Assembly: GCF_049337375.1 (NCBI RefSeq)
Contig: NZ_JBMPIV010000001.1
Strand: one strand, 5' to 3'
From: Nannocystis pusilla
Lineage (GTDB): Bacteria; Myxococcota_A; Polyangia; Nannocystales; Nannocystaceae
DNA: 64,000 nucleotides
Below are positions 1 through 10,385 of this stretch, one piece after another. A model generated the notes under the pieces. That model did not search any database and had not been told where the DNA came from. It saw nothing but the letters and a program-made list of their open reading frames with translations. Numbering within the stretch: the stretch's first letter is position 1; the number at the start of each line of letters is the position of its first letter. A program made the position numbers and the translations under genes.

Positions 1-182
1 TCGGCGCCGATCAGCGCCTCGGGCGAGCGCGGCCCCGGGATGACGGTGCCGGCCAGCCACAGCGTCGCGCCGGCGTGGTCCAGCGCGAGGTTCCAGTCGG
101 CCTCGGGGGCGAGGCAGTGGTACAGCTCGAGCGAGGCGCTGCGGAAGGTCCAGGTGGTGTCGCCGATCCGGATCCGGCTCAT
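1..182 (-). CDS. hypothetical protein, N-terminal part only (gene runs off the window start)
   Basis: Minus-strand ATG at 180-182 opens a frame (MSRIRIGDTTWTFRSASLELYHC...) that stays open to position 1. No family recognised. Confidence 0.3.
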   Translation of the reverse strand, partial: MSRIRIGDTTWTFRSASLELYHCLAPEADWNLALDHAGATLWLAGTVIPGPRSPEALIGA

Positions 183-254
183 GCGCCTCCATACCACGGG
201 AGGCGGTCAGGCGCGGAACCTGGCTGAAGGGCCAGGTTCACGGCGCCGTGCGGC

Positions 255-1274
255 TCACTCCGGCTGGGAGCCGTCGCAGGCGCCCGGGTCGGACTGCCAC
301 AGGTCGCAGTAGCGATCGGCCAGAAGGCCGCCGCGGCCGCTGTCGAAGTCGCCGCAGGTCGGGATGTCGTCGAGGGCGTCGAAGCAGAGCGGGTACTCGT
401 AGGGGACGCCGGCGTCGTCGAGCATCTTGAGGCGCCGCTGAGCGCCGACACAGACCGCGCCGTCCGGGCCCCACTCGGCCTCGATGCCCCAGTTCTGCAG
501 GGTCAGGGTCGCGGGGCTCTGGATCGCCGGGCTGAGGCCGTCGAACACGTCGATCGGCGTGCCGGTGAAGGTGTGCGGGGTGCCGTCGCCGCAGTAGTCG
601 GCGCGGGCCAGCCGCGTGCACGCCTGGTGGTGGTCGGCGAGGGAGACGCCGCCGACGGTGGCCCAGGGGCGATAACCCCACTCGACGCACTTGGCCAGCA
701 CGGCGTCCCGGCAGGCGAAGGTGACGACGCTGGCGTCGTCGTGGCGGTCGCCGGTGGTGCCGTCCCACCAGTTGCCGATGGCGATCGCCTGGGTCGGCTG
801 ACCGAGGTGGTCGTAGCAGAGGCTGGACCAGGTGCCGGCCTCCACGTCCTGCACCGCGATGTCATAGAACCACACGTCGCCGTCGGGGTCGGCCGGGTCG
901 AGGAAGATGTCGTCGAAGCGCAGGACGTAGGTGTCGGTGCCGGCCTCGAGGGTGAGCAGGGAGCCGATGAGGTCGTCGCCGCTCACCTGAACCGGAGTGC
1001 CGTCGACGACCATGGTGGCCGAGAAGCTGCTGCCGTTGAGGTTGATCCCGTTGAGGTTGATCCCGTTCATGGTCCAACCGTTCATGCGCATCCCGTTGAG
1101 GTTGATCCCGTTCATGCGCATGCCGTTGAACTGCGTCCCGTTCATCTGGGCGGAGTTCAACTCGAGTCCGTTACCGACGTCGCTTCGCAGCGTAACCGCC
1201 GTTTGAACGTCGTTATCGACGACATCACAGGCCACAACCGAACAGACCAGTGCCAGCCAAATCCCTCGAGTCAT
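255..1274 (-). CDS. ADYC-domain lipoprotein with Asn-Gly-rich pentapeptide-like tandem repeats
   Basis: Signal peptide ending in a lipobox Cys (LALVCSVVAC). Tandem NGINL/NGMRM units (MNGINLNGMRMNGWTMNGINLNGINLNG). C-terminal ARADYCGDGTPHTFTG motif typical of the myxobacterial ADYC domain. Confidence 0.6.
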   Translation of the reverse strand: MTRGIWLALVCSVVACDVVDNDVQTAVTLRSDVGNGLELNSAQMNGTQFNGMRMNGINLNGMRMNGWTMNGINLNGINLNGSSFSATMVVDGTPVQVSGDDLIGSLLTLEAGTDTYVLRFDDIFLDPADPDGDVWFYDIAVQDVEAGTWSSLCYDHLGQPTQAIAIGNWWDGTTGDRHDDASVVTFACRDAVLAKCVEWGYRPWATVGGVSLADHHQACTRLARADYCGDGTPHTFTGTPIDVFDGLSPAIQSPATLTLQNWGIEAEWGPDGAVCVGAQRRLKMLDDAGVPYEYPLCFDALDDIPTCGDFDSGRGGLLADRYCDLWQSDPGACDGSQPE

Positions 1275-1602
1275 GGTCCCATCTTCTCCTGACCTCTCGG
1301 CATGATCGAGGTCCTTCGGGCGCGCAAGGTGACCGAAATCCGTGCGGACGGGCGGACCCAGCCGTCTCCGTGTGCGGCCCGTTCGATGGCTCCACGGTTC
1401 GTGCGTCCGTCACACACACCCGGACCGAACGAGCAATGCCACGCGGCGCCGTCGCGCGCGTGGCCGGAATCTCGAAAGGAAATCGCGGCAGTGTGACGCG
1501 GGCGATGGCCGTCACACTGCCGCGATGACCCGGGTCCCACATCTCCGCCGCCGCGACTTGCAGACGGAGGAATCACCGACCCCGATCGCCGACTCGGGCG
1601 AT

Positions 1603-2397
1603 TCAAGCGCCGGAGGCGATCGGCGTGGCGTCGGAGGGGATCGGCGCGGCGCGGCCGGGCACGATGCCGCGCTCCGCGAAGTCGGCGATGATCTTGTGGG
1701 CGCGCTCCATGACCTCGGCCAGCTCGGCGTCGGACAGGCCCTTCGTCTCGATCGGGGCGCCGACGTAGATCGTGATCTTGGTCGGGGTGAGCAGGTACGA
1801 GCCCTTGTGCATCAGATCGTACATGCCGTGCGTGGCCAGCGGAATGACCGGGAGGCCGGCGATGCGGGCCATCCAGAACACGCCGCGCTTGAACTCGGCG
1901 ACCTTGCCGTCGAGCGTGCGGTGGGCCTCCGGGAAGGCGAGGATCGAGATGCCCTTCTTGGCCCGGTCGCGCGCGGCCTCGGCGATGGCGCGGTAGCGGT
2001 TCTTGCCGCTCGGCACCGGGATGCCGTCGGCCAGCTTCATGATCCAGCCGTACATCGGGATCTTGAACTGCCAGGCGTTCATCAGGCCGCAGAAGGCGTG
2101 CGGGATCGAGGCGCAGGCGGCGTGGGCGTCGAGCAGGTTGACGTGATTCATCATGAACACGCCGCGCCGCTCGGGGTCGAAGTCGGGGTCGTAGATGATC
2201 TCGACCTTCGACAGGGTGATCTTGAGGACCGCGCCCATGCCGGGGCCGCCGATGTAGTTGTGGGTCTTGCGCGACGGGACCACCGTCGACACCGCGGCCC
2301 ACGTGACGGCGACGGCGCCCATCCACGCGAACGAGACGGTCCACACCGCGGCCGAGTAGACGACCTGAGCTGCCTTCTTGAGGATCTTGAACACCAT
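1603..2397 (-). CDS. 1-acyl-sn-glycerol-3-phosphate acyltransferase (PlsC/LPLAT family)
   Basis: NHVNLLD (HX4D acyltransferase motif) and FPEAHRT (FPEGTR-like) motifs. Two N-terminal TM helices. Starts 4 nt after the stop of the lipid-kinase gene. Confidence 0.75.
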   Translation of the reverse strand: MVFKILKKAAQVVYSAAVWTVSFAWMGAVAVTWAAVSTVVPSRKTHNYIGGPGMGAVLKITLSKVEIIYDPDFDPERRGVFMMNHVNLLDAHAACASIPHAFCGLMNAWQFKIPMYGWIMKLADGIPVPSGKNRYRAIAEAARDRAKKGISILAFPEAHRTLDGKVAEFKRGVFWMARIAGLPVIPLATHGMYDLMHKGSYLLTPTKITIYVGAPIETKGLSDAELAEVMERAHKIIADFAERGIVPGRAAPIPSDATPIASGA

Positions 2398-2401
2398 TAC
2401 A

Positions 2402-3310
2402 TCACGTCCGGACGTCGAGCGCGCCGGGGACGACCTCCAGCCGGCGCGGGTTTATCTTGATCATCTCGCCGTCGACCATGACGTCGATGTCCTCGGCGAG
2501 GCGGAGGTCGAGGCCGGGGGCCTGGTAGCAGCGCACGGCCGGGTGCTGCACGTGCGTGCCGCTGAAGATCTTGGGGAAGGTGCGCAGCAGGCCGACGCGG
2601 CCGAGGCGACCGACCCGGATGATGTCGAGCAGGCCGTCGCGCGTGTTGGCGTCGGGCGCCATCATCATCTTGCCGCCGGTGAAGCGGCTGTTGTTGAACG
2701 AGAGGAAGGTCAGCGGCTCGCGGTCCTCGGGGTGACCGTCGATCTGCATCGGGAAGGTGTAGGGCCGCAGCGCGGCCACCCGCAGCACGGTGCTCAGCGT
2801 GTAGCCGAACTCGCCCAGCGCCGAGAAGTTGCGGTTGCGGGTGGCGCCGACGTCGGCGACAAAGCCGATGCTGAAGATGTTGATGAAGTGCAGCGCGCCG
2901 CGGGTGTGCGTGCAACGAACGAGGTCGCACGGCCGGGTCTTGCCGGCGATGATCGCCTCGATCGCGTACTCGGCCCCCTGATCGGTGAAGTCGCGCAGGA
3001 AGGAGTTACCTGTCCCGAGGGGCAGCATGCCGAGCGACGGACGCTCGCCCGCCGGCAGCGCGCCGGAGAAGATGCCGTTTACCAGCTCGTAGCTGGTGCC
3101 GTCGCCGCCGACGGCGATAAAGTGGCGCCGGCCGGCCGCGACGGCCTCGCGCGCGAGCTCGGTGGCCTGACCGGCGGCCCGCGTCTCGACGACGTCGACC
3201 TTGATGCCCGACTGCCGCAGCCGGTCGACGACCGCGGGCGCCCGCTTGCCGCACACGCCGCCGCCGGCGGCTGGGTTGACGACTGCGAGGAGGGTGGCCG
3301 GATCGTGCAT
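2402..3310 (-). CDS. diacylglycerol/lipid kinase catalytic-domain protein (YegS/DAGK_cat family)
   Basis: GGDGT motif (FIAVGGDGTSYELVNG), N-terminal AVVNPAAGGG, overall DAGK_cat architecture. Confidence 0.75.
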   Translation of the reverse strand: MHDPATLLAVVNPAAGGGVCGKRAPAVVDRLRQSGIKVDVVETRAAGQATELAREAVAAGRRHFIAVGGDGTSYELVNGIFSGALPAGERPSLGMLPLGTGNSFLRDFTDQGAEYAIEAIIAGKTRPCDLVRCTHTRGALHFINIFSIGFVADVGATRNRNFSALGEFGYTLSTVLRVAALRPYTFPMQIDGHPEDREPLTFLSFNNSRFTGGKMMMAPDANTRDGLLDIIRVGRLGRVGLLRTFPKIFSGTHVQHPAVRCYQAPGLDLRLAEDIDVMVDGEMIKINPRRLEVVPGALDVRT

Positions 3311-3396
3311 GCGGGCATGCTATCAGGCCCCGGAGGGCCGTGGAGGGGCGGGTGGCCGCGGTTATGGGGCGTGAGCGGCGGTTGCCCCGCGGCGGT

Positions 3397-5112
3397 TCAC
3401 AGCTCGCGCAGGGCGACGTCGCGGCCGAGCGGCTTGAGCTCGCGGGCGAGCGGGTCGCGCTTGATCTTCTGCGAGGCGGTGCGCGGGAACTCGCGGTCCC
3501 ACAGCACGTAGGCGGAGATCCGCTTGTAGTCGGCGAGCCGGAGGTTGCGCTTGCGGAAGGCGTCGACGAGGTCGGCGCGGCCGGCCTCGTCGAGGCCCGA
3601 CTTGGGCCGCACGACGACGACGAGCTGCTCGTCGGTCATCTTGCCGGTCGGCCAGATGAAGTTGGCCGCGAACACGCAGAACTCCTCGCAGTCGTCGATG
3701 TCGCCGAAGGCGGCCTCGATGTCCTCGGGGTAGACGTTCTTGCCGCCCTCGGTGACGATCATGTTCTTGGTGCGGCCCAGCAGCTTGAGGTGCCCGGCGG
3801 CGTCGATGCTGCCGAGGTCGCCGGTGCGCAGCCAGCCGTCGACGATCGCCTCGCGCGTCAGCTCGGGCGCGTCGAGGTAGCCGAGCATGACCGTGGGCCC
3901 GCGCACCCACACCTCGCCGACGCCGGCCTCGTTGACGTCGCGCAGCTCGATCTCGGTGCCCTCGACCGCCTTGCCGACGCTGTCGCCGCGGAACGGCTTG
4001 AGGTCGTTGACGGTGAGGACGGTGCCGGCCTCGGTGAGGCCGTAGCCGATGGCGACCGGGAGGCCGAGGCGGTTGAAGTACTCGGCGCTCGTGCGGTCGA
4101 CGAAGGCGCCGCCGCAGAACATCAGCCGCAGCTTGCCCCCGAAGTACTCGTGGATCGGCGCGAGCAGGGTCTTGCTGAGCCGGTGGTCGGGCGCCTGGCG
4201 GGTGGCGTACTCGTTGAGGTCCATCAGGCCATCGAGCACGAGCCGCTGCCACTTCGGCAGCTCGGCGATCTTCTCCTTGATCTTCTTCTCGAGGGTCTTG
4301 AGGATCGTCGGCACCAGCGCCATGTGGGTGACGCCGTAGCGCTTCATGGTGCTGGCCAGGTAGGCCGGCCGCAGGGTGCGCTGGTGGACGACCGCGCCGC
4401 CCATCATCAGCGCGAGCAGGAAGCCGCACATGAAGTCGATGGCGTGGTTGGTGGGGAGGATCGAGAAGTAACGGTCGCCCTCGCTCAGCGGGTAGAGGTT
4501 GCCGAGGGTCTCGGCCTGGGCGAGGTAGTTGCCGTGGGTGAGCTGGCAGCCCTTGGCGGTCCCGCCGGTGCCCGAGGAGTAGACGATGCAGGCGACGTCC
4601 TCGCGGGCGCGGGCGTGGGAGGTGAAACCTGCTCCCTGGGGCAGGTCCTCCCAGCGCACGGCGCGGCCGATGCCGGCGCCCTCGGGGGCCTCGGTGACGA
4701 TGACGAGGGTGCGCTCGAAGATCGAGGGATCTTCGCGCTGCAGCTTGTCCCACGCCGGCCACTCGGCGAGGACGACGCGCGGGCGGCAGTGGGCCAGCAG
4801 GGCGTGCTGCTCGGGCGCGGTCAGCTTGTAGTCGATCGGGACCAGCACGGCGCCGGCCCACAGCGCTCCGGTCGCGCCGATCAGCCACTTCGACTGGTTC
4901 TGCATGACGATCGCGCAGCGATCGCCGGGGCCGAAGCCGTGGGCCTGAATCGCGCCGGCGAACCGCTCGGCCGCGGCCCGCAGCTCGGCGAAGGTGTGGC
5001 GCGAGTTCTCGCGGTGGCGATCGGCCTCGATCAGCGCGGTCCGGCTCTTGTACGTGATGGTGGCGTCACGCAGCGCCTCGCCGAGGCAGGACAGCTTTCC
5101 CAGGTCGAGCAT
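3397..5112 (-). CDS. AMP-dependent synthetase/ligase (long-chain fatty acid-CoA ligase-like)
   Basis: AMP-binding signature YSSGTGGTAKG. About 570 aa with TGDLG...GR.K C-terminal motifs. Confidence 0.8.
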   Translation of the reverse strand: MLDLGKLSCLGEALRDATITYKSRTALIEADRHRENSRHTFAELRAAAERFAGAIQAHGFGPGDRCAIVMQNQSKWLIGATGALWAGAVLVPIDYKLTAPEQHALLAHCRPRVVLAEWPAWDKLQREDPSIFERTLVIVTEAPEGAGIGRAVRWEDLPQGAGFTSHARAREDVACIVYSSGTGGTAKGCQLTHGNYLAQAETLGNLYPLSEGDRYFSILPTNHAIDFMCGFLLALMMGGAVVHQRTLRPAYLASTMKRYGVTHMALVPTILKTLEKKIKEKIAELPKWQRLVLDGLMDLNEYATRQAPDHRLSKTLLAPIHEYFGGKLRLMFCGGAFVDRTSAEYFNRLGLPVAIGYGLTEAGTVLTVNDLKPFRGDSVGKAVEGTEIELRDVNEAGVGEVWVRGPTVMLGYLDAPELTREAIVDGWLRTGDLGSIDAAGHLKLLGRTKNMIVTEGGKNVYPEDIEAAFGDIDDCEEFCVFAANFIWPTGKMTDEQLVVVVRPKSGLDEAGRADLVDAFRKRNLRLADYKRISAYVLWDREFPRTASQKIKRDPLARELKPLGRDVALREL

Positions 5113-5346
5113 CTAGCGCCTCGCGTCGATCTTCTGCGCCAGCGCGGCGAAGGTCTTGATCCCCTGGAGCTCGTAGTCGGGCAGCTCGACGTCGAACTCG
5201 TCCTCGACGTCCGAGATGAGCTCGACGGCCTGGAAGCTGTCGATGCCGAGGCGCTCGAACAGGTCGTCCTCGGCGCGGAGCTGGGCCGGGTCGGCGCCGA
5301 AGCGCTTGGCGGCGAGACGGATGAGGGTGTCGAGGGAGGTGCTCAT
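5113..5346 (-). CDS. acyl carrier protein (discrete ACP)
   Basis: 77-aa acidic protein with a GIDSFQAVEL phosphopantetheine-attachment motif. ATGA start/stop overlap with the upstream hydratase gene. Only the 3' 234 nt of the 496-aa ORF-track frame is the real gene. Confidence 0.7.
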   Translation of the reverse strand: MSTSLDTLIRLAAKRFGADPAQLRAEDDLFERLGIDSFQAVELISDVEDEFDVELPDYELQGIKTFAALAQKIDARR

Positions 5347-6116
5347 GGCAGGTACGGTCTCAGGTCGGTGGACTCGACGAAGCGCTTGAGGGCGGCCAGC
5401 AGCGCCGGGCCCTCGGCGAGGCGGACGAACAGCTCGCGCTCGGCGAGCAGCTCGTCCTTCGGGAGCTTCTTGATGAAGGCCTTGGCGGCCTTGCGCGCGG
5501 TCGGGTCGAACTTGGCGGTCTGGGCCGCGAGCGCGCGCGCGGCCGTGATGCCCTCGCCGGCGGCCAGGACCTGGCTGACGAGGCCGGCCGCCAGCGCCTT
5601 CTTGGCGTTGATGCTGCGGCCGCTCAGCAGGAGGTCGCGGATGAGGCCGTTGCCGACGTCGCGGCGCAGCCGCGGGATGCCGCCGAAGCCGGGGATGATG
5701 CCGAGGCGCAGCTCGGGGAAGCAGAAGCGCGCGGTCTTCTCGGCGATCAGGACGTCGCAGGTGAGCGCGAGCTCGAAGCCGCCGCCGAAGCAGACGCCGT
5801 GGACGACGCCGACGGTGGTCAGCGGCAGCATGTCGAGGTCGTCCATGACGCCGTGGATGGCGTCGATGAACTGGCGGATCTGCGGGCCGTGCTGGTCCTT
5901 CGGCGCGTCGGAGAGGCCGCGGTAGAGCTCGCGCAGGTCGGCGCCGGCGCAGAAGCCCTGGCGCAGGCCGCTGCGCAGGATCAGCGTGTGCGCGTCGCGA
6001 TCGATCTGGTCGAGGAAGCGGCGCAGATCGGCGAGCATGGCCGTGCCGATCTCGTTGCACGGCGGCGTGGCGAGGGTCAGCTCGTACACGCCTTCGCTGT
6101 AGGTCCAGTCGATCAT
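5343..6116 (-). CDS. enoyl-CoA hydratase/isomerase (crotonase family)
   Basis: Crotonase fold motifs (FCAGADL, GGGFELALTCD). Start taken at MIDWTYSEG, which gives ATGA coupling to the upstream ligase. The longer ORF-track N-terminus is Arg-rich and looks spurious. Confidence 0.75.
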   Translation of the reverse strand: MIDWTYSEGVYELTLATPPCNEIGTAMLADLRRFLDQIDRDAHTLILRSGLRQGFCAGADLRELYRGLSDAPKDQHGPQIRQFIDAIHGVMDDLDMLPLTTVGVVHGVCFGGGFELALTCDVLIAEKTARFCFPELRLGIIPGFGGIPRLRRDVGNGLIRDLLLSGRSINAKKALAAGLVSQVLAAGEGITAARALAAQTAKFDPTARKAAKAFIKKLPKDELLAERELFVRLAEGPALLAALKRFVESTDLRPYLP

Positions 6117-7747
6117 GACGCGTAGGCCTTGTCGATCTCGGCGCGGTAGCGCTGCTCGACGGCGCGGCGGCGCAGCTTCTGGTTGGCGGTGAGGAGGCCG
6201 TTCTCGATCGTGAACGGCTCGGCCACGCGGATGAAGGCGCGGACCTTCTTGTAGTGCGGGACGCTGGCGTTGACGACCTCGAGGGCGGCGTCGATGGCGT
6301 CCTTGGGCACGTCCCCGGGGACGATGATGCCGAGGAACGGCCGCGCGTGGCCGACCAGCATGCACTGCTCGGCCTTCGGGCAGGCGGCGAGGAACTTCTC
6401 CTCGATCGGCTCGGGGGCGATGTTGTGGCCCGACTCGGGGACGAGGATGTTCTTGACGCGGCCGATGATGCGGACGTTGCCGGTGGCGTCGAGGTCGCCC
6501 TGGTCGCCGGTGTGGAACCAGCCGTCCTTGATCGCCTCGGCGGTGGCCTGCTCGCGGCCCCAGTAGCCGGCGAAGATGCCCGGGCCGCGCACCAGCAGCT
6601 CACCCTCGTCGGAGATCTTGATCTCGCAGCCCTGGATGGCGTGACCGACGTAGCCGGGGCGCACGCCGCCGGGGATGTCCATGGTGACGATCGCGGTGGT
6701 CTCGGTCAGGCCGTAGACCTGGTAGACCTGCACGCCGACCAGCTCGAACCACCACTGCGTCTCCTCGGCCAGCGCCGCCGAGCCGCAGATCAGGAACTCG
6801 AGGCTGGGGCCGATCTGCTGCTTGATCTTGCTGAAGACCAGCTTCTTGGCGGCGGCCAGCGTGAGCCTGTCCAAAAGGCCAGCCTTGCCCTCGCGCTCGG
6901 CGCGGAAGGCGGCCTGGCCGCGGTTGTACAGCGCGAGGGCGAGGCCGCCGCGCTCCGCGATCTTCTTGCCGACGCCGTTCTTGATCCGCTCGAGCACCGC
7001 CGGCACGTTGAGGTAGTAGTGCGGGTCGGCGGCGCCCATCTCGGCGACGAGGTTCTGCAGGTCGGTCGACAGCAGCAGCGGGTTGCCGCGGTACAGCTGC
7101 GTCCACAGCATGACGCGCGAGCCGGCGAAGCAGAACGGCAGGAAGTGGAACACCTTGTCGGCCCGCTTGCCGCCGGTGATGCGGTCGACGCTGCCGCGGG
7201 TCTGCGGCAGCATGTAGTCGACGTTGGCGCGGGTGAGGACGACGCCCTTGGGCTCGCCGCTGGTGCCGGAGGTGTAGATGATGGTGACCGGGTCGGTCGG
7301 CGCGACGGGGCGCGGCGGCTCGTGCACGGGCTCGCCGGCGAGGACGTCGAGCATGTCCTCGATCGGGCAGTGCTCGGGCCAGGCGTTGCGCAGGCCGGCC
7401 GCGAGCTCGGAGCCGTCGGCGATCACGAGCACCGGCGTGCAGTCCTTGACCATGACCGCCAGCTCCTTCGGATCCTGGCGACTGTAGAGCGGGACGACGA
7501 TCGCGCCCTCGAACAGGATGGCGAGGTCGGCGGCGACCCAGCGGGCCGAGTTGGGGGCGAGCAGGGCGACGCGGTCGCCCGGCTTGACGCCGTGGCTGCG
7601 CAGAAAGCCGCGCGCGTGGGCCACGAGGTGCAGCAGCTGCGCGGCCGAGGTCGGCCGGCGGTCCTTGCCGTGGAGCTCGATGAGGAGCTGATCCTCGCGG
7701 GTCTTCTGGACCGCGGCGTGGATGACTTCGAGGAAGTTGTCGCTCAT
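6113..7747 (-). CDS. AMP-dependent synthetase/ligase (fatty acyl-AMP ligase / acyl-CoA synthetase)
   Basis: IIYTSGTSGEPKGV AMP-binding motif. Start chosen at MSDNFLEV (ATG 7745-7747), overlapping the upstream stop as ATGA. Confidence 0.8.
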   Translation of the reverse strand: MSDNFLEVIHAAVQKTREDQLLIELHGKDRRPTSAAQLLHLVAHARGFLRSHGVKPGDRVALLAPNSARWVAADLAILFEGAIVVPLYSRQDPKELAVMVKDCTPVLVIADGSELAAGLRNAWPEHCPIEDMLDVLAGEPVHEPPRPVAPTDPVTIIYTSGTSGEPKGVVLTRANVDYMLPQTRGSVDRITGGKRADKVFHFLPFCFAGSRVMLWTQLYRGNPLLLSTDLQNLVAEMGAADPHYYLNVPAVLERIKNGVGKKIAERGGLALALYNRGQAAFRAEREGKAGLLDRLTLAAAKKLVFSKIKQQIGPSLEFLICGSAALAEETQWWFELVGVQVYQVYGLTETTAIVTMDIPGGVRPGYVGHAIQGCEIKISDEGELLVRGPGIFAGYWGREQATAEAIKDGWFHTGDQGDLDATGNVRIIGRVKNILVPESGHNIAPEPIEEKFLAACPKAEQCMLVGHARPFLGIIVPGDVPKDAIDAALEVVNASVPHYKKVRAFIRVAEPFTIENGLLTANQKLRRRAVEQRYRAEIDKAYAS

Positions 7748-9225
7748 GCGTGGCGCTCCAGCAGGCGCTGCACGTTGGCCGGCAGCGGCGGCAGGTGGGC
7801 TTCCCAGGTGCGCGGGAGGTCGCGCCGCGGGAACTCGGGGTAGACGCGCACGACCTCGTCCATGAAGTCGATGCCCATCTGACCCATGAGCTTCAGCTGG
7901 GCCGGGACGGCGCGGGCGATGTCGGCGCTGATGCCCTCGGCGTCGCGCCACAGGCGGCGCAGGGTGTGCAGCAGCTTGTCGCCGAGGTCCTCCTCGTCGA
8001 CCTCGAAGAACATGTCCGGGTGGCCGCGATCGTTCATGAGGTTGCGGATCCGCTCGTCCATGGTGACGCCGGCGGAGGGCACGAGGCCGGGCATCGAGGT
8101 GACGATCGCGTGGAAGCGCGAGCTTATCATCATGCTGCAGTTACGCAGCACGCTGACGAGGTCGTACATGTCGTGCTCGTCGCTGACGAACAGCGCGCCG
8201 CCGCGGTCGAGCCGCGGCTGCAGGTCCTCGCAGGCGTGGCGGTCGAGCTGCTCCATGCCGACGAGGATGGTGAAGAACTCGCGCTCCGCCGCGAAGGCGT
8301 TGACGCCGTCGGCCAGGGCCTGGATGTACGCGTTGTACTTCTTGTCGGCCGCTTCGCTGTGGTGGTGGAAGTAGAAGGCGCTGTAGTGCTCGTGCTTGTA
8401 CTGCCCGCCGAGCTTGTAGGCGGCGTACTTGAGCAGGTCGGGCTTGACCGGCCACCAGAACGGGTTGATCGGGCAGACGACGAGGACCTTCTGGCGGCCG
8501 TCCCAGCCGGCCTCGCGCAACAGCTGAGCGCCGCGCGACAGCGGCGCGGGCTCGAAGGTCCAGGCGGTGTCGGCCCCGGAGGTGGTGCGGATGCCGAGCT
8601 CGCCGAGGACCTTGCGCGAGGGCTCGTTGCGGCAGATCACCAGCGACTTCTTGCAGGCGTCGCGCACGAAGTCGCGGAGCGCCGGGGTCATGTTGCCGGC
8701 CTCGGCGCCGTAGCCGACGCTGATCTTGTTCTCGGCGTTGGCGAGGCCGAGCGACCCGGCCATGAAGCAGGTCAGCGCGCTCGAGAACTTCGACTTGAAC
8801 ATCGAGCCCTCGCAAGCGATGACGCCGTGGTGCTTCGGGCACTCGGTGGCGATGAACTTGGGGAACACCGCCGGCAGCTCGATCTGGTGGACGGCGCGGA
8901 AGTAGCCGCGCGTCAACTTGGGATCGACGGTCATGATCGTCAGCTCGAGCTGGTCGTCGCCGACGACGTGGCGCAGCTGGCGGATCATCTCCTCGACGCG
9001 GACGTCGGCGCCGGTGTTGCGCGTGCCGACGTAGCCGGCCAGCAGCAGCTTGAGCGGCTTGCCCGGCTTCCACGTCTCGGGCGCCATGCCGAGGACGTTG
9101 CGGACGGCGACGCCCTCGATGGCGGCGGCGACGGTGGCCTGGAGGGCGCGGTCGGGGTCGACGACGTCCTTGACCTTGTCCCAGATCTTGCTGGTGGTCT
9201 TCTTGACGGGTGCGCTCTTGGACAT
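7744..9225 (-). CDS. polysaccharide pyruvyl transferase family-like protein (CsaB/WcaK-like)
   Basis: N-terminal LLAGYVGTRNTGADV resembles the GYYGxxNxGD motif. C-terminal SRFHAIVTSMPGLVPS resembles the R-x-H-x-x-I motif of PF04230. Motif-only assignment. Embedded in the lipid operon. Confidence 0.45.
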   Translation of the reverse strand: MSKSAPVKKTTSKIWDKVKDVVDPDRALQATVAAAIEGVAVRNVLGMAPETWKPGKPLKLLLAGYVGTRNTGADVRVEEMIRQLRHVVGDDQLELTIMTVDPKLTRGYFRAVHQIELPAVFPKFIATECPKHHGVIACEGSMFKSKFSSALTCFMAGSLGLANAENKISVGYGAEAGNMTPALRDFVRDACKKSLVICRNEPSRKVLGELGIRTTSGADTAWTFEPAPLSRGAQLLREAGWDGRQKVLVVCPINPFWWPVKPDLLKYAAYKLGGQYKHEHYSAFYFHHHSEAADKKYNAYIQALADGVNAFAAEREFFTILVGMEQLDRHACEDLQPRLDRGGALFVSDEHDMYDLVSVLRNCSMMISSRFHAIVTSMPGLVPSAGVTMDERIRNLMNDRGHPDMFFEVDEEDLGDKLLHTLRRLWRDAEGISADIARAVPAQLKLMGQMGIDFMDEVVRVYPEFPRRDLPRTWEAHLPPLPANVQRLLERHA

Positions 9226-9235
9226 GTTCGAAGGG

Positions 9236-10381
<1,146 letters not shown>

Positions 10382-10385
10382 GGTG

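Noticed and set aside
3340-5925. 861-aa plus-strand ORF (and similar giants such as 10191..12815, 14687..17560, 22529..24778, 24721..27600, 54922..60135, 59501..62734)
   Set aside because: These are antisense to genes with clear family motifs and are Arg/Ala/Gly/Pro-rich low-complexity translations. Such long spurious frames are expected at ~70% GC.
5113-6603. 496-aa minus-strand ORF as a single gene
   Set aside because: Only the last 77 aa form a clean ACP. Upstream residues are Ser/Pro/Arg-rich junk in another gene's alternate frame. The enoyl-CoA hydratase is encoded in a different frame over the same DNA.
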